This document shows positions 1 to 12,580 of a stretch of DNA of 64,000 bases, piece after piece; the first letter of the stretch is position 1; every line of letters starts with the position of its first letter. The DNA is from Octopus vulgaris (taxonomy: Eukaryota), in the NCBI GenBank assembly GCA_951406725.2, contig OX597822.1, positions 52,700,001-52,764,000 of the forward strand, given 5' to 3'. The position numbers and the translations under genes were made by a program. Below the pieces are notes generated by a model that saw nothing but the letters and a program-made list of their open reading frames with translations, did no database searches and was not told the origin of the DNA.

Positions 1-633
1 AGAACGTCTTTAAGCAAATTATTTCTGGATTAGAGATGATGTGGGAGCTGGACAACAACATCTAAAATTAGAACTCACTAGAATTAAATGTTCACTAGAG
101 ATAGCACAAGAGGTAGACGTGGCCGCATTTCCCGCGACACACATCGAATCCGTGCTTGAATCAGCTTGATGCAGTCATATGTATATCAGGGACAATATAT
201 GTGTGGCTGCAATTCAGCCATTTGATCAGATAACTGGAAGAGAGGGCAACAACAATAACAATGCCAACAATATCAAATACACACACACACACACACACAC
301 AAAACACCACCACCACCAGCAACAAGATAATCATCGTTAATTTTAGAGAGGATCACTTTCCTTAAATTATCAAGAATAATGAACACACCTGCCGTAATTT
401 CATATCGTCAACCAATACTGCCACACCTGAGATGTTAGTCACATTGTGATTGAGAAATAGGTCAACATAGATATTACTTTACACACTCTGCTATCATATT
501 TTGTTATGCAACAATCAATTTCTATCCTGTTTCTTTATTTTGAGTTCGTTTCAAATATTTTAAGAATTTTTATCCTGATTTCAAATGTCAGACAGAACAC
601 TGAATCGGAAAACTGATACGTCTAAAACTGGTG

Positions 634-943
634 GTGCATATGTATGTGTGTATATATGTGTATGTATGTGTGTTTGCATGCATGTATGAATCTGCATGTA
701 TGTGCATATGTATTTATGTATGCATGTATATATGTATGTGTGTGTATGTTTGTATATATATATGTAATTGTGTATGTATGTATGTATGTATGCATGCATG
801 CAAGTATGCATGCTGTATGTCTGTACGTATGTATGTATGCATGCATGTATGTATGCATGTATGTATGTCTGTATGTATGTGTTTGTAAGTATGCAAATAT
901 ATATGTATGTATGTATGTATCTATGTATGTCTGTCTGTATGTC
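634..943. repeat. Degenerate (TATG)n/(TGCA)/(TG)n compound microsatellite
   Basis: Directly visible; accounts for the MYVC/HTYI ORFs in the track. Confidence 0.95.
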
Positions 944-1312
944 AGGTCACTTACAAGGCTCTCATAAGTGCTGTTGGTAACATGGAATCCAGTACAACCA
1001 GTTGCATGGTTGGGTTGTCAGCAACTAAACTGGCAACCCCACCTGGATATCCGATGAGGAGCGTTGCTAGAAACCCAACAAAATTAAAAACAAGACCTGT
1101 TGAAAGGTCGGATGAACGGCTGTCTAGCAATAGCAGCTGAAAAGGTTGGAATTAATTCCAGTTGGTTTTAAGTTAATCATTCAACTTAAATATTACTTTA
1201 CACACTCTGCTATCATATTTTGTTATACATGTATGCGTGTATGTATATATATGTAATTATATATGCATGTCTGTTTTTATACCTATATGTATTTATGGAA
1301 GTGTATTTGTAA

Positions 1313-1580
1313 GTGGATTTGGTAGACGGAAACTGAAAGAAACCTGTCGTATATATGTATATATATGTGTATGTGTCTATGTGTTTGTCCCCCTAGCATT
1401 GCTTGACAACTGATGCTGGTGTGTTTACGTCCCCGTCACTTAGCGGTTCAGCAAAAGAGACCGATAGAATAAGTACTGGGCTTACAAAGAATAAGTCCCG
1501 GGGTTGATTTGCTTGACTAAAGGCGGTGCTCCAGCATGGCCGCAGTCAAATGACTGAAACAAGTAAAAGAGTAAAGAGTA
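1313..1580 (+). mobile_element. SINE family A, 5'-truncated copy
   Basis: GTGGATTTGGTAGACGGAAACTGAAAGAA...GGCGGTGCTCCAGCATGGCCGCAGTCAAATGACTGAAACAAGTAAAAGAG, shared with more than 10 copies in the window. Confidence 0.9.
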
Positions 1581-2055
1581 TATACATAAAAAGACAGACA
1601 GAGAGAGAGAGAGAGAGGGAGGAAGCGAGAGAGACCGCTGATGCACTGGTTTTGCGTTTGGGGTACTGACTTTCCTTATTCTATAACCAAATTTGAACTT
1701 TTCTTTTGGTCAAATTCCATGCCTATCTCAGCTGAAAAGGTTATTAATTCCAGTTGTTTTTAAGCATTGTTCACACTTTTAGCATAAATCTTCAGGTCGT
1801 CTACAAAGAAATTGAGTTACATTGATATGGTAGGTGAGTACATATGTTTGTATGTATAAAATACAGTGTACATCTAAACACAATAAGAGGTGTCCATCAT
1901 TGGACTGCCTCACGCTAGAAGGAACAGCTAAAGTCCAAACCACTAATTGGGGATAAAGTCTCGAAGGGAATGAAAAATAAAAACATTTACCATCTATTTC
2001 CTGGACCGGTATTATTAATTATGTTTCTATGTATGTATTTATGTATGTGTATTTG

Positions 2056-2104
<49 letters not shown>

Positions 2105-2108
<4 letters not shown>

Positions 2109-2913
2109 ATGAAGATAGGTGTGTGAGGAAGTGCCAATCCCTAGCAGTTGAGGGAACCCGTGGAAGAGGTAGACCCAGGAAAACCTGGGACGAGGTGGTG
2201 AAGCATGACCTTCGGACGTTAGGTCTCACCATGGAAATGACTAGAGACCGAGACCTATGGAAGTATGCTGTGCGTGAGAAGACCCGGCAAGACTAGTGAA
2301 GCCATAATCCGTGGCCCCTACCTGGGACGTAGTCAGTCCACCTGTGCATACCTTCCTTCTTGTGACACTTGTGAAGACCTGTTGAGGAAAGTGAGAATCG
2401 AATCAAATCAAATCAAATCGAACCAAATCAAAATAGATGAACATCAATGGAATTTGTATCCTTGTGGTACCAGTGCCGGTGGCACATAAGAAAACCATCC
2501 GAACGGGACCGTAGCCAGTACCGCAACGACTGGCCTCTGTGCTGAGGGCACGTAACAAACACCATCCGAGCGTGGCCGTCCGCCAGCCTCGTCTGGCACC
2601 TGTGTCGGTGACACATAAGAAAACACCATCCGAGTGTGGCCGTCAGCCAGCCTCGTCTGGCACCTGTGTCGGTGGCACATAAAAAACACCATCCGAGCAT
2701 GGCCGTCAGCCAGCCTCGTCTGGCACCTGTGTCGGTGGCACATAAAATCACCCACTACACTCTCGGAGTGGTTGGCGTTAGGAAGGGCATCCAGCTGTAG
2801 AAACACTGCCAGATCTGACTGGCCTGGTGCAGCCTTCGGGCTTGCCAGACCCCAGTTGAACCGTCCAACCCATGCTAGCATGGAAAGCGGACGTTAAACG
2901 ATGATGATGATGA

Positions 2914-2915
<2 letters not shown>
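2105..2915 (+). mobile_element. RTE-clade LINE 3' end (ORF C-terminus, 3' UTR with ~60-bp tandem repeats, (GAT)n tail)
   Basis: VEGTRGRGRPRKTWDEVVKHDL...DRDLW is the typical RTE ORF end; inserted in (TA)n. Confidence 0.9.
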
Positions 2916-2961
<46 letters not shown>

Positions 2962-3007
2962 AGAGAGAGAGAGAAGAAGATAATGATAATGTGTATGTGT
3001 GTGTGTA

Positions 3008-3620
3008 CAGGGTGTTCTGAAATTAAAGCCCCCAATTTTGGACTTTAATAACAATCAATAGATGCGATAGGATATGAAAATTATACATCATTGTAAAAGC
3101 TTAGTGTGTCTTGTGTTTACTTCAGACTAAATAAGTTCATATTTATGGATTAGATAATGGCTACAGACCGAAATTCAATCATAATACTCTCCAAGGAGGC
3201 GAAAGTAATACAACTATAGCAAAAAAATGCTTAAAAGTAACCGAACAACAGTCAAGAAAAGTGTGAAGAAATTTCAAGAGACTGGTTCCACGACTGATCA
3301 CCCTGGATGTCGCCAAAAAAGAAATGTGCAGACCGCTCAGCTTATCATAAGTACCAGAGAGAAGATATGGTGAAATCCTCATCATTCCCTCAGAAAAATG
3401 AGCTGAACATCAATGTATCCCAGTACTGAAGGAGGGTCTCAGGACCCAACGCTAAAAGATGATCCATTGTCATGAGCTCACACAAGTTTACAAAGCCACG
3501 AGAGTGGAGAGGAATCGTCTTATCGTGCGTGAGATTGTTGAAAGCACACTGCCCTAACTGGGGTTCTCTGATGAAAAGAAATTTGACATCAAATAGACAG
3601 CAAACCAGCAGAATGGCCAG
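3008..3620 (+). mobile_element. Decayed Tc1/mariner-superfamily transposon fragment
   Basis: TA-CAGGGTG terminus; broken transposase-like motifs (KKFQETGSTTDHPG, SDEKKF). Confidence 0.6.
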
Positions 3621-3640
3621 ATTCTCCTTGTGTGTGCATA

Positions 3641-3676
<36 letters not shown>

Positions 3677-3989
3677 GTAACTATGTACCATGTTTGTATG
3701 TATGGATGTGCATCTTTATATGTGTGGATCCATGTGTCCATATGTGTCTGTTCTTGTAACCTATGTACCTATCCGTCTGAAATGGTTTTTAAAGAAATAT
3801 TTCCAGAGTTTTCAAATGTAAAGAACACTTTCCCCTTTTCTCTGCGACTCTGTCTCTCTTTTTTGAACTGTTGTGGGTTGTAGAGGCGTGTTTGAAGTTA
3901 CACAGTATAAACATGGACATCTTCCAAACACATACAAACACAAGCATGCTCACACATACACATACACACGCACTCACACATTTTTTTAA

Positions 3990-4440
3990 ATCTTTTTCTT
4001 GACTCTGTCATTTCGCTGCGGCCATGCTGGGGCATCGCCTTGAAGAATTTTCGTTGATAGAATTGACACCATTGATAATTCATATTTCTTGTTCATCCTG
4101 GGACTTATTCTGTCCATCTATTTTGCTGAACCTCTCAGTCACAGGTACATAAATACACCAAAACAGGCTGTCAAACGGTTTGGGGGACAAACACAGACAC
4201 ACAAATAAATGTTGCTTCCATCCACGAAATCGTGGCCTGAACAGGTAAATAGCTTCACGAGTGTTTCTCCCCCGGCACAAAACCAAACTGCATCTCATCA
4301 AGGCTGACTCTCTTCCACTCACAAGATTTTGCTCAGCCCAAGGCTATATCAGAAGACATTTGCCCAAGGTGCCATGCAGTGGGACTGAAACCAAGACCAC
4401 AGAGTTGCGAAGCTAGATTCTTAACCACGTTGCTATGACT
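3990..4440 (-). mobile_element. SINE family A, diverged copy
   Basis: Reverse-complement similarity to family A head and tail. Confidence 0.7.
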
Positions 4441-4939
4441 ACCATTGCTGAAAATGAATTTCAGAGACAATTTTATAGAACAATTTTATAAAATTCTTCT
4501 CTTTACAGGTTAAAGAGATTTATTCTTACCATATTCATAACGAGACATAGACGAAAGGAATTTTTCATATGGACTTTGTCATTAAATTCTAAAACTGGAG
4601 AAATAAGCTGAACGAGATTCCAAGATGTTCATCATTACACCATGAAATGTGGATCATAAAAATAACATAGACATTATGAAAATGTCAATTAAGCAGAGAG
4701 AAATTCCAAAAGTATAATATATACCCAGCGTCTCAGGTTGTCATAGCGCTGCCTATATAATAAAACAAATCCATTATTATATATATATTTGTGTGTGTGT
4801 GTCTTTGTGTCTGTGTTTGTCCATCCACCCCACTTGACCACCAGTGTTGCTGTGTTTACATTGTCATAACATAGCTGTTCCCCTCATAGAAACCGATAGA
4901 ATATCTACCAGTTTTAAAAACAATAAAGAAATGAAGTTC

Positions 4940-5068
4940 TGGGTACGGGTATAAAATGGACAATGAGAAAATAAGCCATCTATTGTGTATGGATGACTTA
5001 AAACTCTTAGGCAAAGACAAGAATGAGCTTGAAGGCCTATTACATACCATGAAAGCATTCAGTGATGA
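4940..5068 (+). mobile_element. R4/Dong-like non-LTR reverse transcriptase fragment
   Basis: GYGYKMDNEKISHLLCMDDLKLLGK, an ISHLLYMDDLKL-type RT catalytic motif. Confidence 0.75.
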
Positions 5069-5069
5069 C

Positions 5070-5720
5070 AGAGAGAGGGGGGGAGAGGGAGAGAGAGAGA
5101 GGGAGAGTTTATGTATGTGTGTATGTACGTATGTATGTGCGTATGTGTGTATATATATGTGTGTGTGTATGTATGTGTGTACATATTTATGTGTGTATGT
5201 ATGTATATATGTATGTATGTGTGTATGTAAGTATGTACTGTATATATTTATGTATGTGTTTATGTATGTTTGTATGTATGTATGTACGCATGTATGTATG
5301 TACACGTGTGTATGTATGTATGTACGCATGTGTATGTATGTATGTACGCATGTGTGTATGTATGTATGTACGCATGTGTGTGTGTATGTATGTACGTATG
5401 TGTGTATGTATATACGTATGTATGTATGTAGGTATGTATGTACGTATGTGTGTGTGTATGTACGTATGTATGTACATGTGTATGTATGTGTTTATGTATG
5501 TATGTGTGTGTGTATGTACGTATGTATGTACATGTGTATGTATGTGTTTATGTATGTTTGTGTGTATGTATGTATATATGTATGTGTGTATGTATGTATG
5601 TGTATGTATGTACGCATGTATGAATGTATGTATGTGTGTATGTATATACGTATGTATGTATGTAGGTATGTATGTGTGAATGTATGTGTGTGTGTACGTA
5701 TGTGTGTATGTGTGTATGTT

Positions 5721-5795
<75 letters not shown>
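5070..5795. repeat. Long compound (GA)n/(TATG)n/(TA)n/(TG)n microsatellite
   Basis: Directly visible. Confidence 0.95.
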
Positions 5796-6229
5796 AATGC
5801 AAAGTTAAGATAAACACTATTTGGAACTCAGCATTGGATTTTCAAAGTCAATTTCAATGTCTAATCGCAATGGACCATCAGAACACTTTATCACATATAT
5901 ATATATGATATCTGTAGCAGAAGGCAATGAAGTGTTTTCCTGATGATTCATTGCAGTTAAGCATTCAAATGCACTCAGAACATTCAATGCTGAATTCGAA
6001 ATAACTGCAATACTGAAACGTATGTAGAAACTAAGCATTTACACTAGTGTTTATATTAATTTTCTGTTACATATGCTCTGTATATCATAACTAGTAACAC
6101 TGCTAAGTACAATGGTCAACTAACCACTTTACTGGAAGCTGACTGGATGATGATAATGTACTTAAAGCTCTATGTCATACAATAGTAGCCCTACATCTAA
6201 TTGTACACACACACATATATATATGTGTA

Positions 6230-6622
6230 CTAGCAGTATCGCCTAGCATTGCTTGGATTTGTTTTCTTTTTGACCCTTTAGAATTGGAATTTTTGAAAAG
6301 TAAAAATTTTGCATTATGTAGCTTGTTATTCTCTTTAAGTGAACATTTTTCTGGTTGAAATACACCAAAAAATGTGCCACACAGCAGTCAAAAAATAGTA
6401 AAAAAATAGGGATTTTCAAGGAAAAAAAGCACCTTTTTGATGTAAATAAATTTTGGTATTAACATGGTCTGATATGAATTTTTTCTTCTACGGAAGGAAG
6501 AGCAAGCTTTCTTCTATCATACTCTCAATTTTGGTCATTTTTGCGCCGCAGGGTCTCGGAGAAGATAGTGTTAGTTGAAAGCTACCAAACCTGCCATACA
6601 CAGACAACTTCAGCTTTAAAGA
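6230..6622 (-). mobile_element. Non-autonomous Helitron
   Basis: On the minus strand: 5' TC, 3' degenerate hairpin + CTAG, A|T insertion; same 3' end as 47210-47607. Confidence 0.7.
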
Positions 6623-6659
6623 TGTGTAAAACCTGTGTGAGATCACATAAGGTGTGTTT

Positions 6660-7160
6660 ATCATGTTTTAACATTCACTTTTCCATGCTTGTAAAAGCCA
6701 GACAGTTTTCATTGAGGCAGATTTTCTATGGTTGGATGCCCTTCCTCTTGCCAACTCTCACCTGTTTCCAAGAAAGGTAATATTTTCTCATGGCTAGACA
6801 TGTTACCATGAAAGACAATAAACAAGAGATTGTGTTTGTATGATAGTGACGCTCATAATTATCCTGTGATGTTAAGACAAGGAGACTCAACCACACACAC
6901 GTGCACACTCATACATGCATGTTGTGTGTGTATATATCCCCTTGTCTTGATACCCCATGATGGTTGTATATGAATTTCACTGACCTACAAGTGGTGTCAT
7001 CCTATTCCAGTCTTCCATGAAAAAATATCTGGCCATGGGGGAGAAATTACCTTGCCTGGAAACAGATAAGGGCTGGTGACAGAAAAGGCATCCAGCTGTT
7101 GAAAGCCTGCCTCAACAAATACTGACCAACCTGTGCAAGCATGGAAAAGTGGATGGTAAA
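6660..7160. mobile_element. Two old RTE-3'UTR-related repeats in opposite orientation
   Basis: GGATGCCCTTCCT (-) and AGGCATCCAGCTGT...GCATGGAAAAGTGGA (+) motifs shared with 2770-2900. Confidence 0.6.
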
Positions 7161-7263
7161 ATGAGTTGTCTCGTTCGGTCTGGGACACTCAGTGTTCTTT
7201 AACACCTGACATGATGTAGGGGGCTTTCATCAGGTGTTGTTCAGCAGCACAATGGGCATTTAA

Positions 7264-8336
7264 CCCTTTCGTTACTATATTTCTGACCAAAATACACCCC
7301 TTATGTGTTTCAATTAATTTCTAACGTAATCATAAATTTAGTCTGGTTTCATTAGACAACTATAACTTTTTTATTTATCAATATATTAATCTGATTTTTG
7401 GAAGATAATTTAATGAAATATTCTCAACCAATTCTATACTATTATTTTTGTCACAAAGTGACTCTAATTGCAGGTAGATACAGGTAAATTCAACAAAATA
7501 TTAAATTAAAATTTTGTTCAAACATCGCTATAGAAAATGGGTTATTAGCTAATATTCAATTGGGTATACAACAAAATTTCATGATAGAATTTGTTATTCT
7601 GGGTAACTTTCTGATACCCATAAAAACATTTATGGCAAAATAGTCTTAATTTCATTTAAGGTTATGGGAAGCCACAAACTATCGTTTCTTTCGCTTTGTT
7701 TACGTTTAGCGTAACGGTTCGTTTTCGCCGTAATGATTTCAAATGGGCTCATTCGAGAAAGTAAATAGAAATAGTTTAAGGCTTTACTCTTCTGGGAAAG
7801 TCTGTGGCTTGGTCCAGTTTCTTCAGAAAAATCACCGAAAGAGACAGTTTTTAAATTTTCACTCCATTCAGGTGCCAATTCGTTTTCTTTATCGCTGTCG
7901 GAGCTCTCGAATTCACTGTTTTCACTTTCGGAAAATGAAACATCAGATTCATTATCAAATACCATGTGCTTTTTGTTTTTCAGTCATAGAGTTAGATTTA
8001 TGAAGGTCTTCAGTAGAAAATCCTTCGAATTCTGACTTGCTGCTTGATATAATGAAATTCGTATCCATTTTTTGTCAGAATTACAAATTTTGAAAACACA
8101 ATAGGAACAAATTTCGGAAAAAATCTCTCAAAATTCACGGAATTAAAATTACACTTCGATTATTGTACAAAACTGTAGTTGAACTGTTTACGAAGTATAA
8201 TACGTGTTTTCACGAATGTACTAAAGAGATTTGCTCTGATATTCTCATTTAAATATGAATAGGTAAATTCGGGCGGCTTTGGGCGGTTTGGTGACATTAA
8301 CCAAAATTTTTTTCGGCCGGTTTGGTAACGAAAGGG
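7264..8336 (-). mobile_element. Internally deleted piggyBac element
   Basis: TTAA on both sides (7260-7263, 8337-8340); TIR CCCTTTCGTTAC; acidic N-terminal transposase remnant ...FEIITAKTNRYA...WLPITLNEIK at ~7630-8068. Confidence 0.9.
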
Positions 8337-8427
8337 TTAAACAAAATACCTACACTATGTATGGTCGACCAATAATGTTTACATTAGTGAACTGTTTTTA
8401 ATTAAAAATTTAATATATACTATGTAA

Positions 8428-8494
<67 letters not shown>

Positions 8495-8498
<4 letters not shown>

Positions 8499-8765
8499 AG
8501 TTGAGGTTATAAGAGTTAATGGTGTCATTGAGACCCAAAGGTGTCAGGTAATGCTGAATAAATACTATAAACAGACCATAGATAAGTTCCAGATTTGGTA
8601 ATATTGTGAATAAAGGGTTCAACATTGGTTCTATGTCAGCATGTGTATATAAGGATTTTTTTTGCGTAATAAGATAAAAAACCAAGAGTATGTAGATATT
8701 TCTAATATCTACACAGCCTTGGTTTTTTTATCTTATTACGCAAAAAAAATCCTCATATACATACA
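8495..8765 (-). mobile_element. Penelope-like pLTR remnant ending in a ~120-bp hairpin
   Basis: Homologous to 17440-17620 (GGTCTGT..ATAG...AGCATTACCTG; CACAGCCTTGG); inverted arms 8641-8686 and 8718-8763. Confidence 0.6.
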
Positions 8766-8849
8766 TGTGTGCGTGTGTGTGTGCTTCTTTGTATTGATGA
8801 ATAATGAAACTTACTAAATGTGTTCGTGTTTTACCCTTTATCTTTACAG

Positions 8850-8918
8850 GTGAAGAAAGTTGATTTCAAAGCTGGTGACACAGTTAATGAGGGTGACATT
8901 CTTGTGGAGCTTGAGTAA
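8850..8918 (+). CDS. PCCA: Propionyl-CoA carboxylase alpha chain, last coding exon (end of biotinyl domain)
   Basis: Pyrimidine tract + TACAG acceptor, phase 0, VKKVDFKAGDTVNEGDILVELE-stop; closely matches the recalled human PCCA C-terminus [22 protein letters not shown]; upstream exons not found in the window. Confidence 0.9.
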   Translation: MKKVDFKAGDTVNEGDILVELE

Positions 8919-9063
8919 AGCTTGCCTTTGTGCTGTTCTTACCCTCACCCTCAATTCCCACATTCACGCCTGTTTCTTCTTAGGCACTTGTAGCAAATTG
9001 ATATCTGCTGCACTGGGTGATCCCTAACCCTCTAATCACATTGATCCATCAACTTTACTGTTT

Positions 9064-9069
9064 AATAAA
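9064..9069 (+). promoter_or_regulatory. Probable PCCA polyadenylation signal
   Basis: First AATAAA after the stop codon, followed by T/GT-rich sequence. Confidence 0.55.
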
Positions 9070-9391
9070 ATTCTATTTGTCTTTCTCTAATGTTCTTTTT
9101 CTCATTATTATTATTATTATTATTGTACAGTTTTTTCTTCTTTCTACACTTGATGTCATACAAATGTTGTTTCTGTTTTACTCTAGATTAAAGGCATTTC
9201 CAGTCAAAACCATTAGTCTTCTAGCCAGACATCATGTTAGTTGAGCCATATGGACGATGTCATGAAACCAATCATAGGTTCAGAGACTCAGTGTGTCTGG
9301 CAATGATTGAGAAGACCAACACAGGCAAAGAGCAATCTTTTGCTTGTAGGGTAGGTCTGGATGGAACTCCCTGCTAAGGCTATGTGATTCT

Positions 9392-9676
9392 CTTTACTCT
9401 CTCTTTTACTTGTTTCAGTCATTTGACTGCGGCCATGCTGGAGCACCGCCTTTAGTCGAGCAAATAGACCCCAGGACTTATTCTTTGTAAGCCTAGTATT
9501 TATTCTATCCATCTCTTTTTGCTGAACCGCTAAGTTACGGGGATGTAAACACACCAGCATCGATTGTCAAGGCTATAGTAGAAGACACTTGCCCAAGGTG
9601 CCACGCAGTGGGACTGAACCTGGAACCATGTGATTGGTAAGCAAGCTACTTACCACACAGCCACTCCTGCACCTAT
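9392..9676 (-). mobile_element. SINE family A, internally deleted
   Basis: Head and tail present, central part missing. Confidence 0.85.
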
Positions 9677-9831
9677 GGAATTTTCTAACTCTTTCTGTTG
9701 CTCATATTGTCTGATCCTGCTTTCAGAACTTAGGGAGCCCTTGATTCTTATTTTATTTCGATAAACCCATCTTGCCATTTGATGTTTTAAAAAAAACCAT
9801 ATTATATTTTTATAATTAAATATTATTAGGA

Positions 9832-10241
9832 CAAATTCAATGACTGGCGTCTGTGCTAGTGGAGTGCAAAGAGCACCATACGAGTGTGATCATTGACAGA
9901 GCAGCTAACTGGCTTCCGTGCCAGTGGCACTTAAAAGGCACCATTCGAGCGTGATCGTTACCAGTGTCACACTATTGGCACTTGAGCCCCGCGCTAGTAG
10001 GGTATTAAGAGCACCATTCGAGCGAGGTCATTGCCAGTGCCGCCTGACTGGCCCCGTGCCGGTGGCACATAAAAGCACCCACTACACTCGGAGTGGTTGG
10101 CGTTAGGAAGGGCATCCAGCTGTAGAAACTCTGCCAGATCAAGATTGTAGCCTGGTGCAGCCATCTGGTTTGCCAGCCCTCAATCATACGTCCAACCCAT
10201 GCTAGCATGGAAAGCGGACGTTAAACGATGATGATGATGAT
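9832..10241 (+). mobile_element. 5'-truncated RTE 3'UTR insertion
   Basis: Same 3' end as 2750-2915 with (GAT)n tail; TSD TATTATTAGGA at 9821-9831 and 10242-10252. Confidence 0.85.
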
Positions 10242-11159
10242 TATTATTAGGAATTGTATTAAAAAAAAATCTAAACTATTTTGAGTACTGTAGTATTATA
10301 ACAGCAAAATCTTATAGGGACCCTGGTTAAGAACCACTGATCTAATATAATCTTATCCTGTTTGTTTATTTTCAAAGTTGTTTTAAGACAAGATGTGATT
10401 TGGTGTGGATAGATTTGGCTGCTATTTTTAATAGGTTAAATGACCAGTGGCTTCCTTACTGTTTTGATAGTTTAGTGATGGTGTTTTTAGATCCATGTCA
10501 GCTCTGACTGAGATGTCATATAATCAAAGAGTTTCAGCTATGACAAACACTGTTCCCTCTGTGTTTTTAATGTGGGTGTGCATAGAAATTTGCATTGTGT
10601 GCAAATTTTGTCTTTGTAAAGTATGTATACATCCGGGTGAGAACCACTATTCAAAGTTTTCCAATTAAAACAATCTGATTTTATCTTGGTGACCCTGTCT
10701 GAACATGTTTTATTTCATTTCCAACTGCACAGCTTAAAGTGCCCTTCTTTCTTTTAAGTGTGCTTTGAGGTAAATTCGATTGCTATTTCTAGTAAGTGGG
10801 GGTTCCCTCTTAGGACATATTTGAGGTCATAACGATCAGGTAATACCTCCCATCTCCATTTTTCTTATCTGACCTTTGTGTTTGTTAGATTTCTTTATGA
10901 TGTTAACACAAGTCGTGGGAAACCTGCAGCCTTCTGCATAAAAATACAGTTTATTGATTCTAAGATTAGAGAAATAACAAAATACATATTGTAGGCTTAA
11001 CAGAGCAGTGGTGAAAGGCAAAAAGGAAAAGAGAGTGACATGGTAATACAGAAAATGAAGGGAGAAGATACCAGGAATAATCTAGAAGACAGTCCTGCAG
11101 GGACAAATGAGGACATGGTAGAGTCCATCCCAAAGAATTTTCGAGTGGTATATGGTATA

Positions 11160-11301
11160 AGGTCGACTTTGCCTTTCATCCTTTCGGGGTCGATAAATTA
11201 AGTACCAGTTACGCACTGGGGTCGATGTAATCGACTTAATACCTATGTCTGTCCTTGTTTGTCCCCTCTGTGTTTAGCCCCTTGTGGGTAATAAAGAAAT
11301 A
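11160..11301 (+). mobile_element. SINE family B, 5'-truncated
   Basis: GGTCGACTTTGCCTTTCATCCTTTCGGGGTCGATAAA...AATAAAGAAATA; TSD GGTATATGG. Confidence 0.9.
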
Positions 11302-11599
11302 GGTATATGGCATACGGCTTCCCCTAGGATTAACTTCATTGTCTAATACACAGGGAAAGGCTAGACCAACAGGTTCCGTGGGCTAATTCTTCACTTTGCC
11401 TTTTTAAAAATTTCTACAAGTTTTGAATATGAAACGTGCTCTCAGGATTCACTAAAAGACTAAGAGAATGATGAGTCTAATGGTGCCAACTCAATTACGA
11501 CTGGATGTACATACTAAATTATGAGTAAAGGGAATTTTTACGCCTCCCGAATGAAATTCTCAACTGAGCATGACATAAGATCCACAGGATGAAAAAAGG

Positions 11600-12580
11600 C
11601 TGTATGAAGACTAATGTATGAGTAGCAAAGCACTGTACTAATTGATGAGGCATTGGAAAACCAAGGCCAGGAGTCACACCAGTGGGTCAAGAACATCCAG
11701 TCTGTTCATTCAGATGAGCAGTTTGTGTAGATTTGATGTCATGCGTCAGAAACTCTGCTGCCTGCAACTGAAAACCAGTGGGAAAGATGATTAAATTATT
11801 GTTTACACATTAGAGACATCTATAGTGTAAAACGGACAACGATAAAACTATCTCAAAAATCCAAGCACCAACGAGAGGTGGATAACATCCCTACCCTAAA
11901 GTCCAACCCCTCCTCAAAGCGGTAGGATGGTGTAAACGGGCAGTATTAGAGCTATGCCGTCGGGAACTTCGGTTCCTGGTAGGGCCACCCAAGGCGGATT
12001 GGTCTGGCACCGAGCGGTATTAGGTCCGCAGCCTGGCCAACGAGGCTCTGGTGAAAATTCCAAGAGGTGTCTGATCGGCAACCGGCGGCTCGAGGTCGTT
12101 CTGAACCTGTGTCTTCGGGATATGCATGCGGGATGTCGGGGACCGCTTGTGAATTCAATATTCCCACGAAACTTCTATGAATCCTATGGAACCGCGAATG
12201 GCTCGCTATCTCCAGTGACCTCGCACAGGACCGTTGAGTGTGGGGCCGCCATGGTTCGTGATGCCGTCAGGACCAGAGAAGAAGCCGGCTCAACCCGCCC
12301 TGGGTGAACGCCGTCACAAGTACAAGTAAGATAACATCCAGAGAAAGAAAAGAAATCCCAAGAAACAGGTGAAGGCTGCATCGGAATTTGAGATTCAAAT
12401 GCTACAAAAGCTCTGAAAGCAAGACAGTGCCTTCAGCAAAGCTGAATCAGTGAGGAAGAACACTCAAAACTGCTTCTTCAGAGATCCCTTCCATTTTTTG
12501 CAGGGAATTATATGAAGAGCCGAAGTATGGAATACATGCAGTAAGCAAAGAAACCTATGAACAGCATCTCACGAAAACTT
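11600..12580 (+). mobile_element. Decayed Hero/R2-superfamily non-LTR fragment, split by an RTE derivative
   Basis: Rejoined flanks read KSKHQREVDNIQRKKRNPKKQVKAA...KAESVRKNTQNCFFRDPF, resembling the pre-RT region of Hero elements. Confidence 0.6.
11891..12329 (+). mobile_element. Non-autonomous RTE derivative (5'UTR-like part fused to ORF 3' end)
   Basis: TSD GATAACATCC (11881-11890, 12330-12339); WLAISSDLAQDR...AAMVRDAV ORF end; CAAGTACAAGTAA tail. Confidence 0.75.

Noticed and set aside
1050-1080. Hammerhead-like CCGATGA...GAAAC (also CTGATGA at ~3568, 5940, 12747, 62336)
   Set aside because: No stem III/NUH site or stem I; the 3568 hit is the transposase SDE codons
4509-4550. Alternative PCCA last exon after CTTTACAG|GTTAAAGAG
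   Set aside because: Reads VKEIYSYHIHNET-stop, with no biotinyl-domain similarity beyond VK
11891-11990. HDV-like ribozyme at the RTE derivative 5' end (CTACC...CCTCCTC...GGTAG)
   Set aside because: P1-like pairing seen, but P2, P3 and the catalytic C could not be assigned convincingly
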